A DNA stretch of 64,000 nucleotides, from NCBI RefSeq assembly GCF_009914755.1, contig NC_060933.1. One strand, written 5' to 3'. This DNA is from the human T2T-CHM13v2.0 reference genome, Homo sapiens. Of the stretch, positions 28,513 through 42,169 are shown piece by piece. Below the pieces are notes generated by a model. That model saw only the letters and a program-made list of their open reading frames with translations. It made no database searches and had not been told where the DNA came from. Position 1 is the first letter of the stretch. Each line of letters starts with the position of its first letter. A program made the translations under genes and the position numbers.

Positions 28513-29062
28513 TGTACACATATTTAGTAGCCGCTAAATCAAATTAAAGGAACAACTGCAATTGGGATATACACAGAATTTAAAACTTAGTCTTTCAGAA
28601 CTTTCTTTAAATGGCTTTGATTTAGAGATTTGGTTTCAATTATTTGGACTTCTGAGAATGTTTTCATCCTCTTAGGACACTGGCCTCGTTTTTGTATGCA
28701 AGCTGCTTTCTGAATTGTACATCCCTTCCCAGAATTCTAAGGCATTTATTCAAACAATGTAGATGAAACTAGATAGTTGGCCAAGAGGAGTACATTGTAT
28801 CTGAGCAAATGGATTATTAGAGGGGTCCCATTTGAGAATTCACCATTTTCTTTCAGTAGAAAGAGTAGTTTAATCTCTTTTAAAAGCCTGCCACACCCTG
28901 TGGTAATTGACTTAGCAATGGAATTGCTCTCGAAGAAAGCTCCTGCTTTTCTATGCCAGAGATACTGATGGAAGACTTGAAGTCTGGGGAAGAGCTGGGT
29001 TGCACTTCCTAGATGTCTGTTCACATAGGAGAGAAGGTGACCATCCTAAGGCAGTTAATTTT

Positions 29063-29364
29063 GTTTTCTTTTTTTTTTTCTGAGATGGAGTTTCGCTTTT
29101 GTTGCCCGGGGTGGGGTGCAATGGTGCGATCTCGACTCACCTGCAACCTCCGCCTGCTGAGTTCAAGCGATTCTCCTGCCTCAGCCTCCCAGGTAGCTGA
29201 GATTACAGGCATGCGCCACCATGCCCAGCTAATTTTGTAGTTTTAGTAGAGATAGGGTTTCTCCATGTTGGTCAGGCTGGTCTCGAACTCCCGACCTCAG
29301 GTGATCTGCCCACCTCGAGCTCTCAAAGTGCTGGGATTACAGGCGTGAGCCACCTCGCCCAGCC
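29063..29364 (-). mobile_element. AluSp-like
   Basis: TTTCGCTTTTGTTGCCC and TTCTCCATGTTGGTCAGG diagnostics. Confidence 0.93.
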
Positions 29365-29380
29365 GAGGGAGTTTATTTAA

Positions 29381-29675
<295 letters not shown>

Positions 29676-30331
29676 GAGGCAGTTAATTTTCTAAGTGCTA
29701 AGCTTTGTTCATTTTGAAGGGAACCTCGATTGGCCAGTGTTCTAGAAACCATAGGAAAGAAACTCAGAGAAGATGTCTTAAGTTACTGAAGCATTTTGGA
29801 TAGGCAGGCACGATTGGTTTTCTGTGTGAGAGATCAACCCCTACCCTTCTTTTATGAGTATGTCTTAAAAGTTCAGGTCAGTGCTGACACCAGTTATAAT
29901 CTATGTCTATTGCATGAAGGCAATGCCTGCTATGGTCATTAGACCCAGCATGCTCTATGCTGCTAACACATTGGCAAATCTTTCAAATAATAAAAATAAA
30001 ACAGGGAGCTATGTAAATACAGGAAATATGCCACCATAGCGTCAATTCTCTGAGGGTAGAAGGTGGTAACATGGAAGAATCTTGAAGAGCAGAACACTGA
30101 GGATAACAAATGCTAATTCCTGCATTCTCCTAAAAGCACAGAAGGTGGCAAATATAAATATCTAAAAGGTGTTATGTTCTGAAACCACAAAATTAAAATA
30201 TCCAGGTTTGTTAATCATCAGTGACAAATGGTGTGGAGCACCTTGCATTTGGTTTACTCTAGACCAGTGCTGCTCAGAGCGTGGTCCCCACCAGAAGCAT
30301 CACCTGGGATCCTGTTAGAAATGCAAATTCA

Positions 30332-30637
<306 letters not shown>

Positions 30638-30713
30638 TCAAATTCACAAGCTTCCCTCCAAATCTAGTGAATCAGAATTATTGGGATTGGTGATTTGAAA
30701 AAAAAAAATCTGC

Positions 30714-31352
30714 TGTTTGAAGAGATATATGAGTTCTTATGTTCATTGCAGCATTTTTCACAATAGCCAAGATATAAAATCAAGCTAAGTGTACATCAAC
30801 AGATAAATGGGTAAAGAAAAGTGTATATGGTTTATATACACAATGGAATTCTATTAAGCTCTAAAAAAGAAAGAAATTCTTCTTTGTCATTTGCAACAAC
30901 ACAGATTAGCCTAGAGGACATTACGTTAAGTGAAATGAGCCAGGCACAGAAAGACAAATACTGCATGATCTTACTTATCTGTAGCATCTGAAAAAAGTCG
31001 AGCTGGTAGAAGTAGACAGTAGAATGATAGTTACCAGAACTTGTGGGCTAGGGAGGGAGTGGTAGGGAGGGAAAGAAGTGATTCAGTTAGACAGGAGGAG
31101 TAAGTTTTAGAGATCTAAACTTAGAGTCATGATTTCAGAATCATCACAGCATGATGATTTTAGTTATAATAATGCATATTTCAAAATTGCTAGAAGAGTA
31201 GATTTTAAAAGTTCTAATCACAAAAAATAAGTATGTGTAGTGATAGATATGCTAATTAGCTTGATCTAATCATTCCACAATGTAAATATTTATCAAAACA
31301 TCACATTGTACCCCATAAAACCCCATAAATATATACAATTATTTGTCAAGTA
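30714..31352 (+). mobile_element. L1MA 3' end (5'-truncated)
   Basis: ATGTTCATTGCAGCA...CACAATAGCCAAGATA; CATCACATTGTACCCCATAAA; TSD-like AAAAATCTGC / AAGAGTCTGC. Confidence 0.9.
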
Positions 31353-31392
31353 AAGAGTCTGCATTTTGACAAGATCTCTAGATGAGTCAGAC

Positions 31393-31652
31393 CAGTGCTT
31401 TCTAAACTATCTGTGGAGAAGGAGCTAAATTTCTTGTTTTTGTTTTAAGTTTGTTACTGACCCATTATTTTAGAAAACTTCTTGTGCAGCAAGACAAATC
31501 CAGTGATCACTCACTGGCCTGCTGAAGGAATGTCCAATTGCTACAACATTTTTTAAAAAAAACTTACTCTAACTTGTGTACCTTTCTTACTGGACACTGG
31601 TAACATGAGTCCCTGGGCTGGTACCAGTCCATGGACCACATTTGAGTAGCAT
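31393..31652. mobile_element. hAT-Charlie MITE (Charlie4/MER119-like)
   Basis: TIR-like CAGTGCTTTCTAAACT ... GGACCACATTTGAGTAGCATT. Confidence 0.65.
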
Positions 31653-32929
31653 TCATCCAGACCATACCTCTCCAGTTCACTGGCCTTTCAGATCCAGAAT
31701 AGCCACTGTTGCTGCCTAGAACTTACAGATCTTTGCCAGGGAAACACCAAGAGCCTTATAGAGAATAAAGACATGGACATGCAAGTTAATCAGAAGCCAC
31801 TTCTTCTATCTAGATTGGTCAGACAGTTACTAAACACACTTTCAAATGACCCTTCTCAGCTTAAATAGATCAGGTGGATGGTTTGTCTCTCATTGCATTA
31901 GGATGATGAATTACAAAGATTTGCTCTTCGTGTATTACTGCTGTGGTTCATGAAACTCACAGTTCCCATGAGTATGTAGATATTATGGAGCAAAGCAAAT
32001 TTATTTTCATGTCTCTCTTCCAAATAGAGCTGAGTTTATAATTTTCTGTTAAAAGGTTGTGTTGCGAAATTTGGCTGGTCAGATGACATTTGGAGGCCAT
32101 CAAATTATAATTGACGAATAAACACAGGAGACTATTTTTTTCCCAGACTTAAATTATGGAGCTGTCTTTGTCATAAGAGATGGAAGTATTATACAACTTT
32201 TGCTTTAGTCTGTACTCCATTTGGCTATTCTCATCCCAAGGCCACATCCTTTTAAATCTTGTTAAAATACATTAGGGCTTAATGTATTTAAATCTTGTTA
32301 AAATATACCCCTTGTTTATATTAGGGATTCACTAAGAGAAGGTGTCAATGATGTAAACATTACATAAAAGTAAAGACTGCAGAGATGAAAACAGTGCTTA
32401 ATGGAGCTGCTTTGCTAGTGGGAAATGAGTTCTGATATTAACCAGAACTGGTTCTTACTCTGAGATGTTCCCCACTTACAAAGAGTGTCAAACAGCCTTT
32501 TAGCAACCTTCAGGGAAAAAAAATCTAGGATTATTTACATGAAAGTGTTTCAAACTCTTCCTCTGCTATAAATTGTCTACAGCCAAGTGGGTGCATTAGG
32601 ATTTATACTAAATCTCTTTATCTGGTAAGATAAAAGGAATGTTTATGATTTCCCTGAAATGTATTTGCTTTTCTCACTGCTTTTGATAATACCCACTAGG
32701 AGGAGCCATTTAAGAAACAGCTGTTTAACCTACGACACAAACAGTAGCATAAGCCCTTTGGTATTTTCTAATGTCCAGAAAATGAATAATTGTGCTTTTT
32801 CCAATTATTCAACCTCTCCTTTAAGAAGGGGCCTAATTTGTGAAGTTTTTCTGGTTTTTAAGGATACAGGTGGCAAAATGTTTCTCATTTTGGTTTCTTG
32901 AATTCATATATGATGAAATTATGCCTTAA

Positions 32930-33710
32930 AGAAAATACAAACTAAAACCACAGTGAGATACCATTTTGCAGCCACCACAGAGGCAAAAAGAGAAAAAGGC
33001 CAACAATACCAAGTGTTGGTGAGGACGTGTTGCAAAGACACTTATACAAGCTGGTGGAAGTGTGAATTGGCACAGCCACTTTGGAAAACAATTTTATCTT
33101 ATCTCATAAAGTAGAGCATCTGAATACTACACAATTCAGCATTTTCCCTCCTGGGTGTACACCCTAAGGAGATTATTGCATATATGCGCTAGAATATATG
33201 CAAGAATATTCTTAGTAGTGTAGCTTTTAATAGCAAAAATCCCAAACAGTAAATCCAAATGACCATCTAATAAGAGAAAAAGTAAATTCATTTTGTTACG
33301 CTCATACAATATAGTATTCTGCTACATGCATCAGCATGGATGAATCTTAATATTAGATTGAAAAGCAAGTTTGAGAAGAATACATACAGGAAGATTCCAT
33401 TTGCATAAAGTTAAACAATGTATAAAACAAAAAGATTCTATATGTGAGATAAAATGATTAAGAAATGCAAGTGAATTATTAACACAAAGTGAAATAGTGG
33501 TCATCTTTTGGGAGGAGGCAATCAATGGAGGTGAGTTGGGTCATCTTTTGGGAGGGGGCAATCAATGGAGGTTAGTCACCAGTGGAGCTTGAAGGAACTG
33601 ATCATGTTCTATTTCTAAAAGTGGGTGGTAGGTTCATGTGTGCATTTTAAAAATTAGGCAGGTATGTTATATATAATTTGCAAGTGTGAAATTTTTATAA
33701 CAAAATATGA
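32930..33710 (+). mobile_element. L1ME fragment
   Basis: AAAACCACAGTGAGATACCATT; AATACCAAGTGTTGGTGAGGA; CAGCCACTTTGGAAAACA. Confidence 0.85.
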
Positions 33711-33756
33711 GTACATGGAAAAGAAGAGTATGACTAAAAATAAATCACATGGGACC

Positions 33757-34185
33757 TGTATGTCTCATTAGTTTATTCTCCAAATTCTCAGTGACTTAAT
33801 GAAGTAAAATTTTTTTTTTTCTTTCATGCTACATGTCCAGTGAGAGTCATCAGGGGCCTCTGATTTTTGTGGTAACTCAGGGACCCAGACTCAAGAGTTT
33901 ATAGGGAAAAGAAATTCTGTGATTACTGCCTGTGGGTAAAGTTATCACCAGATCTTGACAGGGTTGGGGCAGGGAAGGAGGACAGGAACATGATGAGTCA
34001 AGCACTGGCTCTTCAGGTTTCTATCTGGAAATGACATGTCACTTCCACTCACATTGCATTGGCCAAGTCAAGCCCTAAGGCCCTGCTAACTTCAAAGATG
34101 TCAGAAAAGTACAATCTCACTGTGTCTGTAGAAAGAGAACCTGAATATTTGTGGACAGACTTAAAGGCCATAATGACTACCGTAT
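33757..34185 (-). mobile_element. MLT1I/J-like LTR
   Basis: ACTCAGGGACCCAG; GTCACTTCCACTCACATTGCATTGGCCAAG. Confidence 0.7.
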
Positions 34186-34849
34186 AACCACAGCCAAATT
34201 TTGAGTTCATTGCTGCTGCTTCTATGCCAAGCTCTAGAAGAACACACATTTGTGCTTATTTTCCATTACAACTCTAATAAAGATACAAAGTGCTGACTTA
34301 AAAAGGCTTCTTTCTCGATGATCTTGATAGTCTTAGGAGAGAGTTCCTTCTGAAGATAGGATACTCTTAGTCCAAACAAAAGTCATCCTCATGGAGTAAA
34401 AGCCTCTTATCTGGATAAAAGTTCATGGATTTTGTCTGTTATCTGCAGGGGTGAAAGGCTCACTGTTCTACTTCCCAGAATTGTAGAAAGTCATGTTGGG
34501 GTGGCACTTAAGATGGGTAGGGGATGGCGGGCAGGGATATCAACAGAAATCCAAGCTTACTGGAAAACATGGCCACTGGGGGTTGCAGATTTATGCCCAG
34601 GACCTCCCCTTCTCTTTGTGTTTCACAGAGGATGATGGCCAATCATTTTTGTTGGACACACCTGCATCCAGGCAATTGAGGGAGTGAGAAAACACATGCC
34701 AATCATCTGACCTGGGTGGTGAAGCCAACCTCTACAGTGTTGTCCCCAAAGGTGGGGCAGAAACTGGCTCTTTGCTTTCCAGCCCCATTTCCTTGTCCAG
34801 TGCACACTGCAAGGCTACTTAGGTTAGGGCTACGGGGTCTAAGTTCTGG

Positions 34850-35130
34850 ATAATGGAACATGTTACATGGGATGTGATGTCCAAGCCTGATGATGGAACA
34901 GCAGCCTAATATTTCATACTTTCTTATGTCTCTTTCTTTTAGCCAAATGCAGAGGAACCACTCTGAGAAGCCACCGGATGTTAGGAGCCTGTGTTCCCAA
35001 ATCACCACATTGAAGGCTGGCCACTGAAAACCCAATTGGATGATGATGTGAGCAAGAAATAAGCCTTTATTTTATGAAGTCAGTGAGATTTGGAGGTTGT
35101 TAGTTTCATGAGCTAGTGTTAGTAACTATC
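34850..35130 (+). mobile_element. MLT1 (I/J-type) LTR, 3' part
   Basis: GTGAGCAAGAAATAAGCCTTTAT...CAGTGAGATTTGGAGGTTGTT. Confidence 0.6.
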
Positions 35131-36009
35131 AAAAAATATAAAAGATCATAGTTCCTTTCTTCAAAGATACTTCTGACAAGGAACTGTGCTGGGTTGAATT
35201 CAGATAATGCTCTAGGACAAATCTTTCTCATTGGTATAAAAAAGAGGCTTGTCATCTTTTCTCACTACCTTTAAAGTGGCTAGGCAAGCCAGGCTCTGCC
35301 CATGTGTTGAGTGATCATTCAGAATTGGTATTATAATTTGGCAAACAAAAATGCTTTGATTGATTAAAACAATGGATCCCATTTAGAGTTTTTTGGGTGT
35401 CTGGAATTTTGAACATTGGTTTACCTTTGCAAATGGTAAAATAATTGCTGGGTATTTTTAGCAGAAGGTGTGATATGATTTAGGAGATGGCATAATAATT
35501 CTGCAAAAGTCTGGACAGGCTACTTTTTATGCTTCAGGGTAGATTACACATAATAAACCCATTGGATGAGGGGAAATACAGGCCACAAATGCTATTTTAT
35601 GTATGTGGAATGTGGGGAGAGAAATGAGCCAAGGGAAAAAGGCTAGAAACCAAAGTGAATGAGCAGGCAAAAATGATGGTCAGAAGGGGAGTTTTCCAGT
35701 GATTTTGTTTGGCAGACATTAAAAATATATATAAAATTGCAGATTGTAGTCATAGTAATGGAACCTGTAAGGTGACACTTTAGTGCCCATGATGTAGGCA
35801 TGGTGATCCTACATGAATTTATTCTTCTCTACAGAGTAGGTAGGAATAAGACTTTACTTGTTTGATGTAAGACACATAGTGACATTGGAAAAACTATAAT
35901 ATCTGAGTGGCCTCTCAGACGAGTTAGTTACACATCAGCTAAGGCATTAGATGTGTTGGGCACTTGTCACATAGAGCCATGTATTCTTGTTTTTCATGTC
36001 CATGTCCAT

Positions 36010-36272
36010 AAGGCAGCCTGGTGCAATCGTTGACTCATGGGTCAGAAATCTAAACTTAAATTTTGACTCCATACCTTATTCTAGGTGTAACCCTAGGCAC
36101 ATTCTATAACCCCTTGGAGCTTTAATGTCCACTCCTATCAGATGAGGATCACACAGACATTTTATGAGATACAAATGCAAAACAAAAACAACAACAACAA
36201 CAACAACAACAACAAAAAACAACCATGTGAAAACCGTGACAGCAGTACCTGGCATATCACTAGTATTCAATC
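36010..36272 (+). mobile_element. MIR containing (AAC)n at 36178-36222
   Basis: Degenerate MIR ending GCAGTACCTGGCATAT...TATTCAAT. Confidence 0.7.
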
Positions 36273-36289
36273 CAGTAATCCCTTCTTTC

Positions 36290-36412
36290 TGTCTTCCATT
36301 TGATATGAAGTTCCTTGAGGGAAGGGATCAGGGCACGCTCATTTTGCATCACCTTAAGGGCCTGGCACATTGCAGATACTAGATAAATGTTTATTAAATG
36401 CACAAATGAAAA
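36290..36412 (+). mobile_element. L2 3' end
   Basis: AAGTTCCTTGAGGGAAGGGA...CCTGGCACAT...ATAAATGTTTATTAAATG. Confidence 0.75.
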
Positions 36413-36502
36413 GGGCCAGTGGTCAGATTATGGGGCTAACTGGACTCCAGTAAATTAAAATACTGATTTTTCTCCTCTCACGAAATTTCCCTTAAGATGG
36501 GT

Positions 36503-36800
36503 GTATTAGATAAGATTTAATTCCACAGCATTCAACAGAGACTCAAGGACAGTGGCTAAAAAGATAGAAGTTCATTTCATGCACATGCAAAAGCCTTACT
36601 ATAGGCAGAGCAGGGCTGGTGTCCTGGCTCCAGTGGAGGTCCCAGGGGCCTTTGACCTCATCGTCCAAGATGGAGTAAAGGCGGGAAGAAGCTGCCCGCA
36701 GACACTGCCTTTAATGAAACAGCCAGGAAACTCCCTCATGTCCCCTTAGCCAGAAGTTCTAGTTGCAGCACCGGGAATGTGATTTTTAGTTCAGGTGGCC
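36503..36800 (-). mobile_element. Old MLT1 LTR fragment
   Basis: TGTATTAG start; CAGTGGCTAAAAAGATAGAAGTTCATTTC. Confidence 0.55.
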
Positions 36801-36849
36801 ACGCAGCTTCCATTAGCTTGGGAAAGGAGAACAGATAAAACAGTCTAAA

Positions 36850-37113
36850 GTTCCTCCCATAGACTTTCTTCTGTAATACTGCTTCGAAAGTGGAATGATT
36901 GCTGGTATCACATCCTGGACCATGAGGGTGGTAATCATGTCCCAGTGACGGAGGAGAGAAAGGACAGAAGCACCCCGAGTCCCAGATAAAGGAGGAGCCA
37001 CCCGACAATCTTGAATTGCCTGTTTATGTGTGAGAAATAAATTTCTTTCTGAAAACTCTGATTCTTTTTGGATCTTTGTTGCCCACGGCTAAATTTCTAC
37101 GCTAAGCACTACA
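36850..37113 (+). mobile_element. Old MLT1 (J-like) LTR, 3' part
   Basis: CATCCTGGACCATGAGG; ATGTGTGAGAAATAAATTTCT; ends CTACA. Confidence 0.55.
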
Positions 37114-37123
37114 ATCCAGCTGG

Positions 37124-37188
37124 TGCACATGCGCGGCTGTGTGGCTCTAGGTGAGCATGGAGCGCTTTAACTCTTCCGCGCATGCTCA
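37124..37188. promoter_or_regulatory. Pair of near-consensus NRF1 motifs with an inverted repeat
   Basis: TGCACATGCGCG (37124-37135) and CGCGCATGCTCA (37177-37188), each one mismatch from YGCGCAYGCGCR. Confidence 0.4.
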
Positions 37189-39344
37189 GCCTTAGCCATT
37201 GCCCAGGATGCTCCGGTCCTCTCACTTTTCGTCCTGCCTGGGCAGCCCCATGGACTGGCAGGAAACCGTTCTTCTCTCCACCCAGCTATGGCTTCATTCC
37301 ATTAGGCTGGAATTTAAATCAGGGGTGAGTTAATATACAGAATTGTACCCCAGTGGCCTCCAATTTATTCTCTTCTCACTTATGGGGTCAGGCCCCGTAT
37401 AGTTATGTTTTATACTAGCAGTACAAATTGTACAAGACTCTTACAAAAATCAAGCCAATCAGAAGTAATAAGATGATAAAACTCAGCCCTCCCTCACTGT
37501 AAGAACTCTCAGCATGTGAAAATTTATATATGTAGAATGATAATGCCTCTACAAAAAGACGGATCCCATTACAAAATAATTACTGAAAACCTAATAGTTT
37601 GCTAAAGACCTAAATACACGTAAATAGGAGCATTTCCTTACAAATTTACGGTACTGTGCCCAAATTTTGCTCACTGAAAATGTTCTCTTACTGCATCTGT
37701 TACACAAAGATAGACCAGCTCAAACACCCATCCTGGGTCTGGATAAAATAGATGGAATTTTATCAATCTAACTTTTTTTTTCAGTGTTGCTGCTTTGACA
37801 TTAAGTAGGCAGTATGAGTAACCTGAAGGAATAGTAAATAAATATATTCTAAAGAAATAGTAAGGGAATTAAAGTAAAGTGGTGTTCCGGTGTTCACACA
37901 AGATCAAGCTTTCTACGTTTCTTCTCCATTACATTTTATCATAGTTCTTGACACACCTTTTTTTCACATTTTAGAGTTCATGCCTTGTGTACTTTACAGT
38001 TTTATACCGTGTATGTTTTTAATGTCATTAAAAAAAAAAAAGCCTCAACTCTAGGCATTTTCACTTCTTATGCCGTGGCTGATACTACAGAAGGTTGGAA
38101 CTAAAATAATCATGACCCCTTAAGGCAAGACCTCCAGCTTTTGAAGTGGGCCAGACTTCATGCCTAACAGCTTGAACCTCTAATAACACAGAGGGATAGA
38201 AAAAGAGCCTAGGATGAGAAGCCAGCCTTTCATCTGGGCTGTCTTTTCCTTCTGAGTTCTTACAAAGGACTACTTTAATTATCTATTCTGTTGCTTTTCT
38301 TAGCAGGCAGAAAATTTTCTGGGTTTAAATGTAACATCTTTCTTTACCCATGAATCTATGGAGAAGTCCACTTTTCATGAGCAGTCAATTAAATCACTCA
38401 TCAGCTCTGCGGCCCCAGTTCCATTTGCAGCTCACACTGCAACTTCATGAGGAGGAGAGGTGCTGGCAGGCATCCAAGTCCACACACCAGGCTACAAAAC
38501 CAAAGTTTGGGAAGTGTTGAGTACCATCTCTACAGGATTATGCCGCCACAAGTGTGCCATTGTGAACCGCCGTCAGAGCCCTGGATTAGGTTTATTATCT
38601 CCTCTTCCATTCCCCGGGAATGCCTGCTCCAGATAGGCAGGGACTGGCAAATCTTTTACCAGCATTCTAAGTACAAGTTTATGGAACAAAATTCAGTTAG
38701 CAGAGGGAAAGGCACGCACAGATACAGACCATACATGATTGTCATTATTGTACAAACATCTGGCTTCCACCCAGAATATCCACTCTACAGTCCATCCTTA
38801 TTCTCTGCCTCTGGAAAGCAGGATGCTCCCTTTCCAGGGCTCCTCATCCAAGCCTGCCTTGTCTAGGGGTTCCCCCTGTGACCAAGGCAGTGAGCTCTGA
38901 TCTGGCTGGAGTCCCCTGGTACTTCTCCAAGATTCCAATGGAGCGTGCTCATTAGGAGTTTTGCTTTTCTTGTTTCTAGGTTCCCCACGTTGGTTGTTGA
39001 ACTATAGTCACTCCACTTGGAGAAAGAAAGCAGAGAGAACCCTCGGGGGTTCATTCCTAAAGCAGTGACTCACTTTGTCTTCTTGCCACTGTTGCTGGCC
39101 TATCATCTACCTCCATCTGTCTCTATGCTGGACCAAGCAGACACCAGAGACATTTAAAAAAAAGTCTCTCTGCATCAAAAATGATCAGCAGAACCCCACC
39201 TAACCATAAGTCAGGTGCTTCCAGCTTGAATTCTTCTCCATGACAGACCCCTGCAGATGAACTCTGGTGGCGACTTTCTGTTCTGCCTTTTGTTTTGTTC
39301 CTGTGTGAACCACAGTTGCTCGGCTGAGTGGAGGGAAGACAGTG

Positions 39345-39467
39345 CTGAACTTGAAGCCGGCAGACAGCAGTTTTGATCCTCCTGGCTTGTGAACTTAGCA
39401 TTGGTGTAACCTTCAGATATTGTTTAACCTAATTGAGACTCAGTTTCTTCACCAGTAAAATGGATAC
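39345..39467 (+). mobile_element. MIR fragment
   Basis: TTGTTTAACCTAATTGAGACTCAGTTTCTTCACCAGTAAAATGG. Confidence 0.75.
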
Positions 39468-39476
39468 ACGAAAGCC

Positions 39477-39493
39477 CCTGCTGAGTCAGCAGG
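39477..39493. promoter_or_regulatory. Perfect palindromic T-MARE (Maf recognition element)
   Basis: CCTGCTGAGTCAGCAGG contains the exact consensus TGCTGA(G/C)TCAGCA. Confidence 0.65.
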
Positions 39494-40377
39494 AGCTAAC
39501 AGAAACCCCTTCCTCAGGCCCTCAGACTTAATCTCCATATGATTAAGGATTTACTACACGTGTTCTGTTTAATAGCCAAAAGCCAGACTCACTTGAGAAA
39601 GTACAAATGGAAGCCAATATCGAAATCTAGAGACTACTAATTGATAGAAAAAAGCTCAGCAGAGTCTGATATATAGTGGAGATTCAGCGGGATTAGCACT
39701 CTTTGCCTTTACAGCAGTCCCCTGCAGCACCTGATGGATATGCTTTCACTCTAGATTCCAGGCAGAAATCCCTAGGAAATCAAGGAACAGGAGGTGAAAA
39801 GTATTAAATCCTCATTGCAAGACATTCGGTATTGTTAGATTTTCTCTTACAGAGCGAGCTTGTTGGTGTGTGTTCTCTTAAAGCAGAATCGTAAAGCTAA
39901 ATAGCACTTATCTGATTCTGTTCAGGAGTGATCGCTGAAGGTCTGTAAGTGCCTCGAGGTGAGGCTTCTCTAACTTCCCAGTCTCCTTATTGATTGTGAT
40001 CGGAGGTGGCAGAGTCTGAGCTTGCCTGAGGTACCTGACCAGCCAAGGAAGGGATTCCTGGGGTATGTGGTCATTTAAAAAACCATACTTGTGGATAAGG
40101 CAGTCACGGTGCAGGGGGTCGGTTTGGATGTGAAGGGGAGAGCTGAGGCTATTACCATAGAGGAATTCTTTCTTTAGAAAGGCTTCTCATCTCTCTTCAT
40201 GTGTGGTTTTGGGGCAGAAAAGAGGTTGGAATCAAATTCTGTTCAGCTTTCATCACTCCCATGTCACTCAGATGGGGCACTCTTACTATTGAAATTAATG
40301 CCTTTGGTATTAATTCCGATAGTACGGCTTCCTTGGAAAGATTGATGGCCGGCCTTTGATTCGTTTGCCCTGTGTGC

Positions 40378-40525
40378 ATGTTTACTGAGTACTTACGTGA
40401 CACATTTTTTCAAGTGTCCTGCAGGTCTTAGCTCATTTATTCCTCACAGCATCTCCATGAAGTGGGCAGCATTTTTATCCCTAATGCACAAAGGAAGAAA
40501 CAGAGGCAGAGAGAGGCAAAGCTTT
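40378..40525 (-). mobile_element. MIR
   Basis: CTCATTTATTCCTCACAGCA...GAAACAGAGGCAGAGAGAGG. Confidence 0.75.
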
Positions 40526-40972
40526 CTTAGCACCCTTCTATTGCTAGGGATCCTTTATGTTGTACGGCTATTGACTTGAAGGTCTCAGTTTCCAATGAAT
40601 TTTTCCTAAATGATCTAGCCCGCACCATTTGCTCACTAAGCAATTAGTATGTTTGTTTCACACAATGACAGACAATCTGGACAGTAGGGGAGAGTACCAC
40701 CGGGAGGCATCGCTGATACTAGATCCTGTATGTCATAGAGCAGATGGCCTGGACGGTCGTGTTTATAGAGTACACCTGTAATTTTAAGATATTTTCTCAG
40801 CCTCTGACCTCATGCCTGTGGTTCTGTAAAACATCTCACATTTCCTTCCAAAGCAAAGGCACCAATGTGCATTTCTTCTCAAATGATTTTGAAAGCACTC
40901 TTGATAGTCTATCCAGTTTGAATACATTTGTGAAGCAAATTCCAAAATTGCGTATTATATCTTCTGGAATGG

Positions 40973-41327
40973 TGCTTGGTTTGGATATGGTTTATTGGTC
41001 CCCACCAAATCTTATGCTGAAATTTGATCCCTGGTGTGGCAATATTAGATATATAGCCTGGTGGGGTGTGTTTGGATCATGAGAATGGATCGCTAATGAA
41101 TGGCTTGGTGTCCCCAGGTTTGTCCCTTCTTCGCACATACTTGCTTCTCCTTTGACCTTCTCCGACATGTTTTGACTCATCACAGAAGACCTCACCAGAA
41201 GCCAAGCAGATGTAGGAGCCATGCTTCTTTCACAGCCTACAGAACGGTGAGCTAAATAAACATCTTTTCTTTATAAATTACTCAGTCTCAGGTATTCTTT
41301 TATAGTAACACAAAATGGACTAAGACA
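40973..41327 (+). mobile_element. MSTB-like solo LTR, internally deleted
   Basis: GGTTTGGATATGG..CCCACCAAATCTTATGCTGAAATTTGATCCC; ends AATGGACTAAGACA. Confidence 0.88.
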
Positions 41328-42169
41328 CATCATTACTGTAAAATAAAGGAAGATTTTAAAAAGTGGAATTAAACATCCAGTTACTCCATAGACAATTAGG
41401 AATAATTTGGGCAGCATGGTAACAGCCCGTGCACGGCATTTGGGATCCACTCCTGCTCTTTGAACCCAGAAGAACCTGATTCAAATTTGATTGACAACAT
41501 GACCAGGGTAGGATGCCTACAGCTGGGGTCTGGTTGAAATGAGATGGGATGATCAAAGCAGGTGATCTGCTGTAGTAGAATGGTAAACCGGGATTCTTGT
41601 CAGGATGCTGGCAGACAATATTGAAAAATTGGAGTAAAGTGAGTAAGAAAGAATGTGGAAGGCAGGTAAAATTGATGAAGGCAAGTGATTCAAACCCTAG
41701 GCAAGTGTGGTCACCATGCTGTTTTTTATAGTAGCTGGCATAGGTGAAGTGCCACCTGGGAGCCAGGCTAGACAGCACTGGATTTGCTCACATATGAGCC
41801 AAAGAATGCCGAGTTATCTGTGACAACAGGTGTTTTTAAGGATGGAAAAGGAGCAGGGTCTGATTCTCTGCTCTGTTCTTACCCCATGAGTCTAGTGACA
41901 ACACATTGTGTGTTTCCAATTTTCCCCCAATGCCATGACCTTTAGGAATTCCATCCATTTGGCCCCTTAGCATGGGTTAGTCCAATGCAGGTTGGCAGTA
42001 TTGGGAATTCACCTATTCTCAGGCAGTCAAACAGCCTCTTCCATCCTCCTTTTCCCTCTCCCACCTCTTGAAATACTTTACACCCTTCAAGGTGCATGTC
42101 AGAGGCTACTAGTCTACAAGGCTTCTCCAATAGTGTTTACTCCTCTCTGGAGCTGGATTTAGTCTTTCT

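Noticed and set aside
38447-38866. 139-aa ATG-initiated ORF in unique sequence
   Set aside because: No domain similarity and no promoter or splice context; cannot be supported without Ribo-seq or PhyloCSF.
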